Under the pieces are notes generated by a model that did no database searches, was not told the DNA's origin, and worked only from the letters and a program-made list of their open reading frames with translations. Below are positions 29,906-40,485 of a stretch of 64,000 nt of DNA, piece after piece. Location of the stretch: contig JAGVXH010000004.1 in the NCBI GenBank assembly GCA_018303845.1, forward strand, positions 197,165 through 261,164, given 5' to 3'. The first letter of the stretch is position 1, and each line of letters opens with the position of its first letter. Source of the DNA: Candidatus Pacearchaeota archaeon (GTDB lineage: Archaea > Nanobdellota > Nanobdellia > Pacearchaeales > GW2011-AR1). The translations under genes and the position numbers were made by a program.

Positions 29906-30772
29906 ATGAAAAGAGGACAAGTTATAACCTTGACAAGAGAATCCTTCTTAATAATCCTAGGTATATTAATCGCAGGCTTCGGGCTTGAAAGCTTCCTAAT
30001 TCCAAACGGCTTTATCGATGGAGGAATAACAGGAATTTCATTGTTAATTTCCTTTCTAACTCCAATATCAGTGTCGGCTCTAATCTTTATTCTAAATATT
30101 CCTTTCATGTTTCTAGCAAGAAAACAAATAGGAAAAACCTTCGCCATAAAAACCTTCCTAGCTATTTTCGGGCTTTCGCTGTGTCTTATATTCGTCCACT
30201 ATCCAATAATCACTTCAGATAAACTTCTCGTGGCAATTTTCGGAGGATTCCTTTTAGGTGCAGGAATTGGATTATCCGTCAGAGGTGGTGGCGTCCTAGA
30301 CGGAACCGAAGTCCTTTCAATCTACTTAAGCAAAAAAATCGGATTAAGTATGGGAGAAATAATATTTGTAATAAACATAGTTATATTTTCTTTCGCAGCA
30401 TTTTTATTAGGAATTGAAACCATGCTTTATTCCATTCTAACATATCTAGCAGCTTCAAGAACAGTAGACTTTTTCATTCAAGGAGTGGAGGAATATATCG
30501 GAATAACAATAATATCCAAAAAAAGCGAAGAAGTAAGAAAGAAATTAGTAAAGGATTTCGGAAAAGGAGTTACTATATACAGTGGCAAAAGTGGATATAC
30601 GGAAGACGCTAAAAAGGATATAGAAATATTATTCACGTTCGTAACAAGATTAGAAGTTACAAAGATAAAGAAGGGAATAATCTCAATAGATCCAGAAGTA
30701 GTAATAATAGAACAGGGAATAAAAGATGTTAGAGGCGGAATAATAAAAAAAAGACCTACAATAATTAATTAA
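29906..30772 (+). CDS. YitT family membrane protein
   Basis: FLIPNGFIDGGITGISLL, GGGVLDGTE, GVTIYSGKSGYT. Confidence 0.92.
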   Translation: MKRGQVITLTRESFLIILGILIAGFGLESFLIPNGFIDGGITGISLLISFLTPISVSALIFILNIPFMFLARKQIGKTFAIKTFLAIFGLSLCLIFVHYPIITSDKLLVAIFGGFLLGAGIGLSVRGGGVLDGTEVLSIYLSKKIGLSMGEIIFVINIVIFSFAAFLLGIETMLYSILTYLAASRTVDFFIQGVEEYIGITIISKKSEEVRKKLVKDFGKGVTIYSGKSGYTEDAKKDIEILFTFVTRLEVTKIKKGIISIDPEVVIIEQGIKDVRGGIIKKRPTIIN

Positions 30773-30774
30773 AT

Positions 30775-31083
30775 TTAATCATCAACCCTAACTGTCTTCC
30801 CACACTTCACGCACTTATAAAATTTCGACTCCGGTTCATCCCCAGACCTCATTTGCCTAATCCAAAATTCCGCCTTTTTCGAACCGCAAGCATGACAATC
30901 CCAATCAGTTACCGGGTTAACAGTCGCATCCTTACCACAAGCAACTCTAACATTATTCTTTTCATCAACTTCTTCCTTCATCTCCATGCAGACCTTCCCC
31001 TTCGCAACATAACTACACTTCGGACAACCAACTCGACTAGTTTTCATCATCAATATCGCACCACATTTCGGACAAAATTCCAT
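30775..31083 (-). CDS. tfs: transcription factor S
   Basis: MEFCPKCG zinc ribbon; QMRSGDEP..FYKC..CG with acidic dyad. Confidence 0.93.
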   Translation of the reverse strand: MEFCPKCGAILMMKTSRVGCPKCSYVAKGKVCMEMKEEVDEKNNVRVACGKDATVNPVTDWDCHACGSKKAEFWIRQMRSGDEPESKFYKCVKCGKTVRVDD

Positions 31084-31161
31084 AACCAACCCTACATTCT
31101 CAACTTTAAAAAATTTGCCCTAACACATTCCTCCCTAAAGAATAACAAATCCCGCCAAGTT

Positions 31162-31196
31162 AGCTAACAGCTAAAGACTATCAGCTAAAGACTATC
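31162..31196 (+). repeat. 7-bp tandem micro-array
   Basis: AGCTAAC AGCTAAA GACTATC AGCTAAA GACTATC; last unit supplies the TAG stop of the signal peptidase gene. Confidence 0.75.
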
Positions 31197-31761
31197 GACA
31201 CATTCCCCTATCACTAGGAGAGCGTCCTATCTCAAAAAAAATCAACTTCGCCCATCCAATTCCAGGTACTTTAAACAATGCCCGACCAACCAACTGGTCC
31301 TCAGCAATATTTTTCTCGCTGTTCAATTGCAACGAATTAGTCTTATAATTATCTCCCTTAGTGGCATAACTATCCTCAGCCTTAACAACTCGATGAATCA
31401 AAGGATATTGCCGTCCCCCATCAAAAATAATCACATCCCCAACTTTAACATCTTTCGCCCCAATAACAAAAATCACATCACCCTTACTAAATCCATTCTG
31501 AAAATCCCAGCCCGTCGTGTCTTCTAACCCCAATCCATAGTCCTCATAAACTGAGCTTTCAAACGTTCTAGCAAATCCATCCTGATGATGATACATGCTG
31601 CAAGACTCAACAATAACCAAAGGCAAGCTCGTCCCAGTTAAAAAACTTAAACCAGGGAAAAACAAAAATTTAATCACAATAAAAGCTAAAACTAGTGTAA
31701 CAAAAAAAGACGGCCAACTATCCTCTTGCAAAAAATCCCACATCTTCTTAAAAAATTTCAT
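31192..31761 (-). CDS. signal peptidase I (archaeal Sec11 type)
   Basis: VIVESCSM, VGDVIIF, LIHRVV, TKGDN. Confidence 0.9.
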   Translation of the reverse strand: MKFFKKMWDFLQEDSWPSFFVTLVLAFIVIKFLFFPGLSFLTGTSLPLVIVESCSMYHHQDGFARTFESSVYEDYGLGLEDTTGWDFQNGFSKGDVIFVIGAKDVKVGDVIIFDGGRQYPLIHRVVKAEDSYATKGDNYKTNSLQLNSEKNIAEDQLVGRALFKVPGIGWAKLIFFEIGRSPSDRGMCR

Positions 31762-31835
31762 AACCTAAACAAATGCTTTCCATTTATAACCTTTGCCACC
31801 ACAATATTTAAATAATATACACTACTCGTATACAC

Positions 31836-32171
31836 ATGGAAGATATCTTTGAAAACACAATCCTTTGTAAGCACTGCAACAAAAAAATGCAGCCAGAACA
31901 AATTTCTAGGAAGGGCTTCATTCTTCGAACTCTAAAATGTGAACCTTGTAAAAATCTAATTGTTCATCCAGAAGACTTAAAAGAATACGAAAGTTTTCAA
32001 AATATCAAGAAAAAACAATTCAAAGTCAAACTTCGATACGTTGGAAATTCCTATGCGGTATCAATACCAAGAGAAATAATTGACTTCATGAATGAACAAG
32101 AAAAACAAATGGATAATATAGTAAATATGTGTATGGAGGATATGAGGAAACTTTCCTTAAGATTTAGATGA
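31836..32171 (+). CDS. zinc-ribbon plus AbrB-like DNA-binding protein
   Basis: CKHC...CEPC, then [18 protein letters not shown]. Confidence 0.75.
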   Translation: MEDIFENTILCKHCNKKMQPEQISRKGFILRTLKCEPCKNLIVHPEDLKEYESFQNIKKKQFKVKLRYVGNSYAVSIPREIIDFMNEQEKQMDNIVNMCMEDMRKLSLRFR

Positions 32172-34483
32172 AAGAAGACAAAGAACAAACATTAAAATTA
32201 AGAGTAGTTGAAGCACTCCAAGAAGATGCCTACAAGGGAATCGTAAGAATAGATCCAAATCTAATGAAAAAACTTTCCTTAGACAGAGGAGACATAGTCT
32301 CAATATCCGGAGGTAGAGAGACATACGTGATAGTAGACCAAGCATATCCAGCAGATCATGGAGAAGCAATAATCCGGATGGATGGGATAACAAGAAAAAA
32401 CGCAAAGACCGGAATTGGAGAGCATGTCCAAATAAAAAAAGGCAAAATTCTAGAGGCAAAAAAAATTACAATAGCTCCAGCCCAAGCAGGAATCATGGTC
32501 AAAGGAAATCCTGATAATTTTAGACGCGGGCTTCTAGGAAAACCTGTGAATAAAGGAGACATTGTAGTAATGGGAGGCGCACAACAGCGTCGAGACATTA
32601 TGTCAGAAGATCTAAACAATTTATTCGGTGGCGACATAAGTGAAGTCTTCAATCAAATGGGATTCGGTGGTATACCAGGCGGACTAACCCAAGTCAGATT
32701 CGTAATCGCTTCAACAACTCCAAGCAAACCTTGCATCATAACAGAAAACACCGAAATCATACTCTCTCCAAAAGCATTAGAAGTATCCGAAGAATCAATA
32801 CCGCAAATAACTTACGAAGATATCGGAGGACTAACTGATGAAGTAAAAAAAGTTCGAGAGATGGTGGAACTCCCATTGAAACGTCCAGAAATTTTCATGC
32901 GACTAGGAATCGAGCCACCAAAAGGAGTCCTGCTTTACGGTCCGCCAGGAACAGGAAAAACTCTCCTTGCAAAAGCCGTCGCAAATGAATCCGAAGCACA
33001 TTTTATTTTACTAAACGGCCCAGAAATTATGTCAAAGTTCTACGGAGAATCCGAAAAGAAAATCCGTTCAATATTTGAAGAAGCAGAAAAGAACGCACCG
33101 GCAATAATTTTTATAGACGAAATAGATTCACTTGCCCCGAAGCGAGAAGAGGCAGGTGGAGAAGTCGAAAGAAGAGTAGTCTCACAATTACTAACAATGA
33201 TGGACGGATTACAAGCAAGAGGAAAAGTCGTAGTCATCGGAGCGACAAACCGTCCAAATGCAATAGACCCAGCTCTTCGTCGTCCAGGAAGATTTGACAG
33301 AGAAGTAGAAATTTCCGTACCAGACAAAGCCGGCCGAATGCAAATATTACAAATTCACACAAGAAATATGCCACTTACAAAGTCCGTAAAACTAGATGAG
33401 CTAGCCAGAAAAACACACGGCTTCGTAGGTGCCGACATAAATTCCCTAGCAAAAGAAGCCGCAATGATAGTTATAAGAAAAAATCTAGATAAACTAAAAT
33501 TAGAAGAAGATAAAGAAATATCACAAGAAATCTTAGACCAGTTAAAAATTTCAGGCAAAGATTTTGAAGAAGCATTAAGAGTAGTAAGGCCTTCCGCAAT
33601 GAGAGAAGTCTTAGTAGAAACCCCGAACACAAAATGGGCAGACATCGGAGGAGTAGACGAAGTTAAGCGAGATCTTCGAGAGGCAGTAGAATGGCCATTG
33701 AAATTTCCAGACGCATTTTCAAGAATGGGAATCACTCCGCCAAAAGGAGTTTTGCTCTATGGTCCACCAGGTACGGGAAAAACTCTTCTCGCAAAAGCCG
33801 TCGCGAATGAATCCGAGGCAAACTTCATCCAAATCAAAGGACCAAGCCTACTAAGTATGTGGGTAGGAAAGTCCGAAGAGGGTGTCCGGAAAATATTTGA
33901 ACGAGCTCGTCAAGTTTCACCATGCATAGTATTTTTCGACGAGATAGATTCTCTAGCTGGTAAACGGGGAACAGGGATGAGCGGTGGCTCTAAAGTAACA
34001 GAAAACGTCCTAAACCAACTCTTAGCTGAAATGGACGGAATCGAAGACTTAACAAATGTCATAGTAATTGGAGCAACAAACCGACCAGACATTTTAGACC
34101 CCGCACTTCTAAGGCCAGGAAGATTCGACAGAATAGTCTATGTCCCAGTCCCAACAAAAGAAGGCAGATTAGAAATCTTAAAAATTCATACAAACAAAAT
34201 GCCAATTGAAAATAAAGAAAAACTAGTAGAAAGTTTATCGGAAGAAACAGAAGGATTCACAGGGGCAGACTTAGAAGCACTGGCAAGAGAAGCCGCAATG
34301 CTTTCCTTACGAGAGGATATATACGCCAAAAAAGTTAAAAAAGAACACTTCGTAAAAGCTATGGAAAAGGTCAGACCTTCCGTGTCAAAAAGCGACGAAG
34401 AGAGGTATAAACAAATCGAATCAAAATATCTAAAATCAGCAAAGGCGGCACTGCTGGATAAAAGTGCGAGCTACACAGGTTAA
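32168..34483 (+). CDS. CDC48/VCP family AAA ATPase
   Basis: N-domain plus two AAA modules (GPPGTGKT twice, RPGRFDR). Confidence 0.96.
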   Translation: MKEDKEQTLKLRVVEALQEDAYKGIVRIDPNLMKKLSLDRGDIVSISGGRETYVIVDQAYPADHGEAIIRMDGITRKNAKTGIGEHVQIKKGKILEAKKITIAPAQAGIMVKGNPDNFRRGLLGKPVNKGDIVVMGGAQQRRDIMSEDLNNLFGGDISEVFNQMGFGGIPGGLTQVRFVIASTTPSKPCIITENTEIILSPKALEVSEESIPQITYEDIGGLTDEVKKVREMVELPLKRPEIFMRLGIEPPKGVLLYGPPGTGKTLLAKAVANESEAHFILLNGPEIMSKFYGESEKKIRSIFEEAEKNAPAIIFIDEIDSLAPKREEAGGEVERRVVSQLLTMMDGLQARGKVVVIGATNRPNAIDPALRRPGRFDREVEISVPDKAGRMQILQIHTRNMPLTKSVKLDELARKTHGFVGADINSLAKEAAMIVIRKNLDKLKLEEDKEISQEILDQLKISGKDFEEALRVVRPSAMREVLVETPNTKWADIGGVDEVKRDLREAVEWPLKFPDAFSRMGITPPKGVLLYGPPGTGKTLLAKAVANESEANFIQIKGPSLLSMWVGKSEEGVRKIFERARQVSPCIVFFDEIDSLAGKRGTGMSGGSKVTENVLNQLLAEMDGIEDLTNVIVIGATNRPDILDPALLRPGRFDRIVYVPVPTKEGRLEILKIHTNKMPIENKEKLVESLSEETEGFTGADLEALAREAAMLSLREDIYAKKVKKEHFVKAMEKVRPSVSKSDEERYKQIESKYLKSAKAALLDKSASYTG

Positions 34484-34484
34484 A

Positions 34485-34844
34485 ATGTTCGGAGACGATT
34501 CATTCGCAGGAATCGAAGATTTATTCAACCAACTATCTGGCGCGAGAAGACAATCTTCTTACAGTTCAAGGATTCAAACTCAAACTCTTTTAGGCACAGT
34601 TGAATCAAAAAAAGAAACAAGATTAATTTTTGATTTATCAGGTAAAAAAATAATATCATTAGGAGTTAAAGATGGACTTGAAACAAACGAATATGGAGAA
34701 AGGGTTCACAACGGGCAAAAAACTTTAGAAATAAAACTCGAAGACAATGAAAGCCTAAAATATATTCTTCCAACAGCTCTCGCGAAAAGAAAAATCAGCC
34801 ATACATTTTCTAACGGAATACTGGAGGTTTCCATCCAAAAATGA
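34485..34844 (+). CDS. Hsp20-like small protein
   Basis: LIFDLSG...TFSNGILEVSI alpha-crystallin-like end. Confidence 0.6.
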   Translation: MFGDDSFAGIEDLFNQLSGARRQSSYSSRIQTQTLLGTVESKKETRLIFDLSGKKIISLGVKDGLETNEYGERVHNGQKTLEIKLEDNESLKYILPTALAKRKISHTFSNGILEVSIQK

Positions 34845-37054
34845 AAAGCAAAATAACTCTCGAAGTAATAGAAACAAATCAAAAATATGTTGGAAAAAAT
34901 TTAGTAACAATATCCAATGTTGATATGGAAGGCTTAGGAATCGTATCGGGAGATATCGTAAAAATAGGAATTAGAAAAGAGCTTTATCTTAGGGCGATAA
35001 GAGTAAGCGATGAGTTCAAAGGAAAACTAAGTATCGACGGAGAAGCCAGATCATTCTTGGGTTTATCAGTCGGAGAAAAAACAACAATATTAAAAGCAGA
35101 AGAAATGCCATTGTTAAAATCGGCAACACTTTCAATTTTACCTCACGAATCATTTTCTAACGAACAACTAAAATCCTACAACTCCCAGTTAAGAGAATCC
35201 GAAGAATTCCAAAAAATTTTAGTAGACTCTCCACTTTCAATCGGACAAAAAATCACAATTCCAACATCAGTGGGAAAGCTCGCATATTCCGTAACAAAAA
35301 TTTTGCCGAAGAAAACAAATTTCGGACTAGTGACAGATTCGAGTAAAATTGAAATTTCCGAAGATATAGGAGAAGGCTCCGGCGCAAACATCTACTACGA
35401 AGACATAGGCGGATTAAAAGAAGAAATCGAAAAAATAAGAGAAATGGTAGAATTTCCAATGAAGCATCCTGATATTTTCCAAAGACTAGGAATCTCTGCA
35501 CCAAAAGGAGTTCTAATGACAGGTCCGCCAGGCACAGGAAAAACTCTTCTAGCAAAAGCAGTCGCAACAGAAACCGACGCAAAATTCATCTCAATTGCCG
35601 GTCCAGAAATCATGTCTAAATATCACGGAGGCTCCGAAGAAAATTTAAGGGCAAAATTTGAAGAGGCAGAAAAAAACACGCCAGCAATAATCTTCATTGA
35701 CGAAATAGATGCAATCGCACCAAAGCGAGGCGAGTCACATGACCAAGCAGAAAAGCGAGTTGTAACTCAACTCCTAACACTAATGGATGGACTAAAGTCA
35801 AGGGGACAAGTAGTCGTAATGGCAGCGACAAACAGGCCAGAAGATTTAGACGAAGCATTGAGAAGACCAGGCAGATTCGACAGAGAACTAAGAATCAACC
35901 CACCAACAGAAGAAGGCAGAAAAGAAATCTTACAAATTCACACAAGAAACATGCCACTCGAAGACAAAGAAGCTTTACTAGAAGAATTTTCAAACAAAAC
36001 AATTGGATACACAGGAGCAGACTTAGAAGTCCTGTGCAAAGAAGCAGCACTTCATTCCGTAAAGCCTTTCTATAGTGCAATCATTTCAATTGGAGAACAA
36101 ATCGACGAACAAGACCAAGAAAAATTACAAGAGTTAGAAGCAAAGAAAAGAGAACTTCTAAACAAAATAATAATCTCAAGAGACGATTTCGTCTACGCGA
36201 TGAAAATGGTCGAGCCGTCGGCCATGAGAGAGGTTCTAATTAAAAAACCAAATGTAAGATGGACAGATGTGGCAGGATTAGAAGAAGCAAAAGAAAAACT
36301 TCGAGAGTTAGTTGAACTTCCATTATTAAGACCAGACTTATACCGAGCAGCCGGAATCAAACCAAGTAAGGGAATCCTTCTTTACGGCCCGCCAGGCACA
36401 GGAAAAACTCTCCTAGCAAAAGCCGTAGCAACGGAATCAAACGCAAATTTCATTTCAGTAAAAGGCCCAGAGTTAATTTCAAAATGGGTAGGCGAATCCG
36501 AAAAACATATAAGAGACATATTCAAAAAAGCAAACCAAGTTTCCCCTGCAATAATTTTCTTCGATGAATTCGACTCAATCTCAAAGTCCCGTGGTTCTGG
36601 AATCGGAAGCGACTCATCAGAAAAAGTAGTCAACCAACTCCTAACTGAACTGGATGGAATAGAAGAATTAGAAAACGTAATAATTATAGCGGCAACAAAC
36701 CGAAAAGACCTAATCGACCCAGCACTTCTAAGGCCAGGAAGAATCGAAGCCCATGTCGAACTAACCAACCCAGATGACGAAACAATAAAAGAAATCTTCA
36801 AAGTCCACACGCGAGAAATGCCACTAGAAAAATCCGTCTCACTAGAAGAACTAGGAAAAATGGCAAGAGGCTGGACGGGTGCAGAAATAGAAAGCGTTTG
36901 CAGAAGGGCAGGGCTAAATGCAATTAAGAGGAATTACAAAGAAACAGATTCCAAAAAACTAACAATCACAAAGGAAGATTTCAAAGAAGCAATGGAAGAA
37001 GTTTCTAAAACAATTGGCAAGTCATTAGAAGAAACAAAACCAAAGAAAAAATAA
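34841..37054 (+). CDS. second CDC48/VCP family AAA ATPase
   Basis: Two AAA modules, divergent N-domain. Confidence 0.95.
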   Translation: MKSKITLEVIETNQKYVGKNLVTISNVDMEGLGIVSGDIVKIGIRKELYLRAIRVSDEFKGKLSIDGEARSFLGLSVGEKTTILKAEEMPLLKSATLSILPHESFSNEQLKSYNSQLRESEEFQKILVDSPLSIGQKITIPTSVGKLAYSVTKILPKKTNFGLVTDSSKIEISEDIGEGSGANIYYEDIGGLKEEIEKIREMVEFPMKHPDIFQRLGISAPKGVLMTGPPGTGKTLLAKAVATETDAKFISIAGPEIMSKYHGGSEENLRAKFEEAEKNTPAIIFIDEIDAIAPKRGESHDQAEKRVVTQLLTLMDGLKSRGQVVVMAATNRPEDLDEALRRPGRFDRELRINPPTEEGRKEILQIHTRNMPLEDKEALLEEFSNKTIGYTGADLEVLCKEAALHSVKPFYSAIISIGEQIDEQDQEKLQELEAKKRELLNKIIISRDDFVYAMKMVEPSAMREVLIKKPNVRWTDVAGLEEAKEKLRELVELPLLRPDLYRAAGIKPSKGILLYGPPGTGKTLLAKAVATESNANFISVKGPELISKWVGESEKHIRDIFKKANQVSPAIIFFDEFDSISKSRGSGIGSDSSEKVVNQLLTELDGIEELENVIIIAATNRKDLIDPALLRPGRIEAHVELTNPDDETIKEIFKVHTREMPLEKSVSLEELGKMARGWTGAEIESVCRRAGLNAIKRNYKETDSKKLTITKEDFKEAMEEVSKTIGKSLEETKPKKK

Positions 37055-37057
37055 TAG

Positions 37058-37324
37058 TTATTTTTTCCTTTTCTCGCAATACTCCAAAACCTCTCGACAC
37101 ACACTTCGAAACGGCTCATCAACAGGATCTGCCTTCATAGTTACTCTCATATCCTTTCCACTTACTTCGGACCCGTCTATCATCCGCCTTAGACTCGACA
37201 AATCCGAAGACAAAACAACTAAAGAATTAGTCATCTTATCTAGCCCATCTTCACATATGGGAGACATGTTCTTCTTAACAATTTCGTAAATCTTCCCCCT
37301 TCTTATCTTTACATCGTCGTACAT
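37058..37324 (-). CDS. hypothetical protein
   Basis: 88-aa ORF overlapping the end of map. Confidence 0.55.
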   Translation of the reverse strand: MYDDVKIRRGKIYEIVKKNMSPICEDGLDKMTNSLVVLSSDLSSLRRMIDGSEVSGKDMRVTMKADPVDEPFRSVCREVLEYCEKRKK

Positions 37325-38238
37325 ATAACTTCACCTCCCGCAATAACAAAAGTATTCTCAATCTGACTAACAGGCATCCGACTCTTCTCAACTAAAATCG
37401 GATACTCATAAAAAACTCCAGCCCGAACCAAATTTCCCAATATAAATTTAAGTTTAGTCTCCGAACCCCCGAACCCCAAAACCCCCGAACCCCCGTCTGC
37501 TTTCGCTAGCCAGCGAAGGCAGAATGGACGCGTTCCATATTCCCTTTTGACAAATTCCAAAACCTTCCTCGCATCCAAATCTCGAACCTGCCCTTCTCCC
37601 TTCAAAACATAAATCCCACCGCCTTTCCCTTCAATAACATCTCCAACTCCCATAGTCACAAACGGCTCGATCGCAAAAGCAACATTGTCCAAAATTTTCT
37701 TATTCTCATTTCGATAATTAGAAATCGTCAAACCAGCGTGAATATTATTTCGCCCCAATGCGTGTCCACACAAACTCTTAATCACAGCAAACCGCTTATC
37801 ATCCCACTTTTCAACAACTTTCTGCACAGCCTCTCCAACATCTTTAACCTTCATTCCAACTTTCACAATCTTACTAGCCTCAGCCAAAATTTCCTCATTG
37901 AATCTAATCATGTCATCAAATCTTCCATCGTCAGTCAAATCAAAACTAATTGCACAATCTGCAATAAACCCATCAACAGCAACTCCAATGTCAATTTTCA
38001 AAATCCCTTCAGCAACAATATCACAATCACTAGTCGGAGTAAAATGTGCCGCAATTTCATTCAACCCCAAATTAACAGGAAAGGCCCCCTCACCACCAAG
38101 CTCTAAAATCTTAGCGTCTATTAGATTAGCAATATCAATCAACTTCATCCCAGGCTTAACTATCTCACGCGCAAAAACTTTAATTTCCCGAGCAATTTTA
38201 CCAGCCTTAACATAAGAATCAATTTCATTTTTATCCAT
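37309..38238 (-). CDS. map: methionine aminopeptidase type II
   Basis: AFPVN...AAHFTP, KIDIG..VDGFIADCA, CGHAL, AIEPF, SQIENT. Confidence 0.95.
   Translation of the reverse strand: MDKNEIDSYVKAGKIAREIKVFAREIVKPGMKLIDIANLIDAKILELGGEGAFPVNLGLNEIAAHFTPTSDCDIVAEGILKIDIGVAVDGFIADCAISFDLTDDGRFDDMIRFNEEILAEASKIVKVGMKVKDVGEAVQKVVEKWDDKRFAVIKSLCGHALGRNNIHAGLTISNYRNENKKILDNVAFAIEPFVTMGVGDVIEGKGGGIYVLKGEGQVRDLDARKVLEFVKREYGTRPFCLRWLAKADGGSGVLGFGGSETKLKFILGNLVRAGVFYEYPILVEKSRMPVSQIENTFVIAGGEVICTTM
37461..37494 (+). repeat. 8-bp array with four C-tracts, in-frame inside map
   Basis: CCGAA CCCCC GAA CCCC AAAA CCCCC GAA CCCCC; encodes GGSGVLGFGGS. Confidence 0.8.
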
Positions 38239-38338
38239 AAAATAACAAAGCCAAAATCCTATTTATGTATTTCTATACATTCTAACAACCATATTCGCCA
38301 CCATTTATTTAAACAAAATATCCGAAAAGCAACAAGGG

Positions 38339-38728
38339 ATGATAAAAAAAACCTGGATAATTTTGGGAATCTTAATCCTAATAATAGTATCAACAGCATT
38401 TTTTTACTTTCAAAAAGACAACTCGCGAATAGAAGGACAAGTGATACGATTAGAAGAAATACCGACAAAACCAGAAGAACCTTCACTCGTCCCAGAAATA
38501 ACCAAAACAGAATTCACGAAACATAATACTAAAGAAGATTGCTGGATAGCCTATGGAGAAAAAATCTACAATTTTTCAAATGCAGTAATGCACCCAAACA
38601 TGGAGAAAACATTTTTTTCCCATTGCGGAAAACTCACATTCCAAGAAGCTGCGATATCTAAACATGAAACAAAGTCAAGTGAATCAAGAGTAGAAAATTT
38701 CGGAGTTTACATAGGAGAAATGATATAA
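38339..38728 (+). CDS. membrane-anchored cytochrome b5-like heme/steroid-binding protein
   Basis: N-terminal TM, KHNTKEDCWIAYGEKIYN...HP...HCG. Confidence 0.8.
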   Translation: MIKKTWIILGILILIIVSTAFFYFQKDNSRIEGQVIRLEEIPTKPEEPSLVPEITKTEFTKHNTKEDCWIAYGEKIYNFSNAVMHPNMEKTFFSHCGKLTFQEAAISKHETKSSESRVENFGVYIGEMI

Positions 38729-38973
38729 TGGCACTCGACCCAACACTCGCGATAAGATTAGTCTACATATTCGGAATCACAAACATAATCAGTATACTCT
38801 TAGTCCTAACCTCTTGTCGTTGTATGGGCATAGCAACTATAACAAATAGATTTTTCGACTATCCATGGTATCAAAAATATTACAGCCATCACTGCAAATA
38901 TTGGTGGATATTCATAATTTCAGTTCTACTTCACACGTCATTAGCATTTTATATATTTGGAGTCCCAGTATAA
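38728..38973 (+). CDS. small 2-TM protein with His/Cys residues
   Basis: SCRC...YYSHHCKYWW...LLHT; translationally coupled to the cyt b5-like gene. Confidence 0.75.
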   Translation: MALDPTLAIRLVYIFGITNIISILLVLTSCRCMGIATITNRFFDYPWYQKYYSHHCKYWWIFIISVLLHTSLAFYIFGVPV

Positions 38974-39029
38974 AAGGAATTCGCAAAATAAAATGTACCT
39001 ATTCTAAATTTCAACAAATACACAACATT

Positions 39030-39064
39030 TTCTAATCCCTAACATCTAATTTCTAGGCCCTAAC
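39030..39064 (+). repeat. 7-bp tandem micro-array
   Basis: TTCTAAT CCCTAAC ATCTAAT TTCTAGG CCCTAAC; last unit supplies a TAG stop. Confidence 0.65.
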
Positions 39065-39557
39065 TTATCCTCTCTTTCCTTCTTCTCTCCTTAGGCAAAA
39101 ACCCAAACAACTTCATCCCATCCGCCCCGACCTTCCCAATCCCAACAAAATCCTTCCCATCAAACGACTTAACGCAAACAAAACCTTCATCCATTTTTTG
39201 CTTCTCCTCTAATTCAATATCCCTTCCCAAAAACCATTCAATCTCCTGTTCCTCTGTCAAAACTAAAACCCGACCCTCAAGTTGCTCCTTCCAAACATGC
39301 ATCCCATCAAGCGAAAGCCTTACCTCACGAACCCCACTTCGATTAACCATATCTTTCCCAACATACAACCCAACACCTTCAATTGGCAACAATTTCCAAA
39401 GATCCATAATCTGCTCCCGGTCCAAATCTCCACTAAACGCCCGAATCCTTTCCTCCCCGCTTCGAACTAGCATCTCTGAAATCTTCGTTATCCCAAACTC
39501 ATTTAATCCATCAACAAACTTTTTCTTCTTCGTTCTGTCCAAAATTTGAATCTTCAT
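39060..39557 (-). CDS. RsmF C-terminal/PUA-like partner of the rRNA m5C methyltransferase
   Basis: GLYVGK...VRLSLDG...EWFLGRDI...GIGK...LPKERR. Confidence 0.65.
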   Translation of the reverse strand: MKIQILDRTKKKKFVDGLNEFGITKISEMLVRSGEERIRAFSGDLDREQIMDLWKLLPIEGVGLYVGKDMVNRSGVREVRLSLDGMHVWKEQLEGRVLVLTEEQEIEWFLGRDIELEEKQKMDEGFVCVKSFDGKDFVGIGKVGADGMKLFGFLPKERRRKERIS

Positions 39558-39600
39558 TTCCCACCTCTCAATTCAAAATAATCACAATAGTCAAGTCTTC

Positions 39601-39733
39601 CCAAACCCCCAAACCCCCAAACCCCCAAACCCCCATGAAAATCTCCGATTTTAAAAGCCGCCAACTCGGGCGAAGCCCTAACCAAACCCCCAAACCCCCA
39701 AACCCCCAAACCCCCATGAAAATCTCTGATTTT
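39601..39733 (+). repeat. two 52-bp direct repeats, each containing (CCCCCAAA)x4-type arrays
   Basis: 39601-39652 vs 39682-39733, one mismatch; GGGC-GAA-GCCC hairpin between them. Confidence 0.92.
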
Positions 39734-40485
39734 CATCTCCCACCAGCATAAGCCATATCGTCCGCAATCAATATCGCCAAATTTAATTTCCTAACCTTTT
39801 CATAATCACTCTTAGAAGTCAAACTATAAACTCCAACATCACACCCAGCAAATTTCTTCAAATATTTCTCGCTAACTAAATCCTTCGGTAAAAAAACATA
39901 ATCAACATCAATCAAACGAAAACCAATAATCCCAGCAACCTTCTCAAAAAAACTCTCACTACTAATCAACAATCCAACTTTAACCCCATGAAGCATTCGC
40001 CCTATCTTCATAACAGCAAGAATATTAAAAGATTCAACAATCAAATAATCAAACAACTTTAATCTAGGATTTTTTAAATTAAAATCAATCAACTTCTCAG
40101 CCAATGCATCTTCCAACTTCCCACCAAAATAACCTTTCCTCTTAATCTCCAGCAAAAGATGTTTGGGAATCTTGCCATTTTTCCAATCCTCTAAAACATC
40201 ATCCAGCGTAGGAATAAAACCCTCCTTAAAACCCAAAGCCTTTCCAACATCAATCCTCTTTAAATCATTCATGCCCAAATCGCAAGCATAATTATTCCCG
40301 CCACCAAAACGCTCCAATTTCCTATCATGAAAAACAAAAAGCTTTCCGTCCCTAGACAGCTGAACATCAAATTCAATTCCATCAAACCCCTCTTTCTTCG
40401 CCAACCTAAAAGCCGCAAGTGTATTCTCACAAGCCTTCCCCCGAACACCCCGATGCCCAAATCTCAAACTCTTAAACTTCGCCAT
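39733..40485 (-). CDS. glycerophosphodiester phosphodiesterase
   Basis: GHRG...ENTLAAF, GIEFDVQLSRDG..VFHD, LEIK. Confidence 0.93.
   Translation of the reverse strand: MAKFKSLRFGHRGVRGKACENTLAAFRLAKKEGFDGIEFDVQLSRDGKLFVFHDRKLERFGGGNNYACDLGMNDLKRIDVGKALGFKEGFIPTLDDVLEDWKNGKIPKHLLLEIKRKGYFGGKLEDALAEKLIDFNLKNPRLKLFDYLIVESFNILAVMKIGRMLHGVKVGLLISSESFFEKVAGIIGFRLIDVDYVFLPKDLVSEKYLKKFAGCDVGVYSLTSKSDYEKVRKLNLAILIADDMAYAGGR

Noticed and set aside
32930..36750. Near-identical DNA stretches among the four AAA modules
   Set aside because: Expected from conserved Walker A and SRH motifs.
39601..39733. Possible CRISPR mini-array (two repeats, one spacer)
   Set aside because: The repeats are 52 bp, low-complexity, present in only two copies, and no cas genes are seen.
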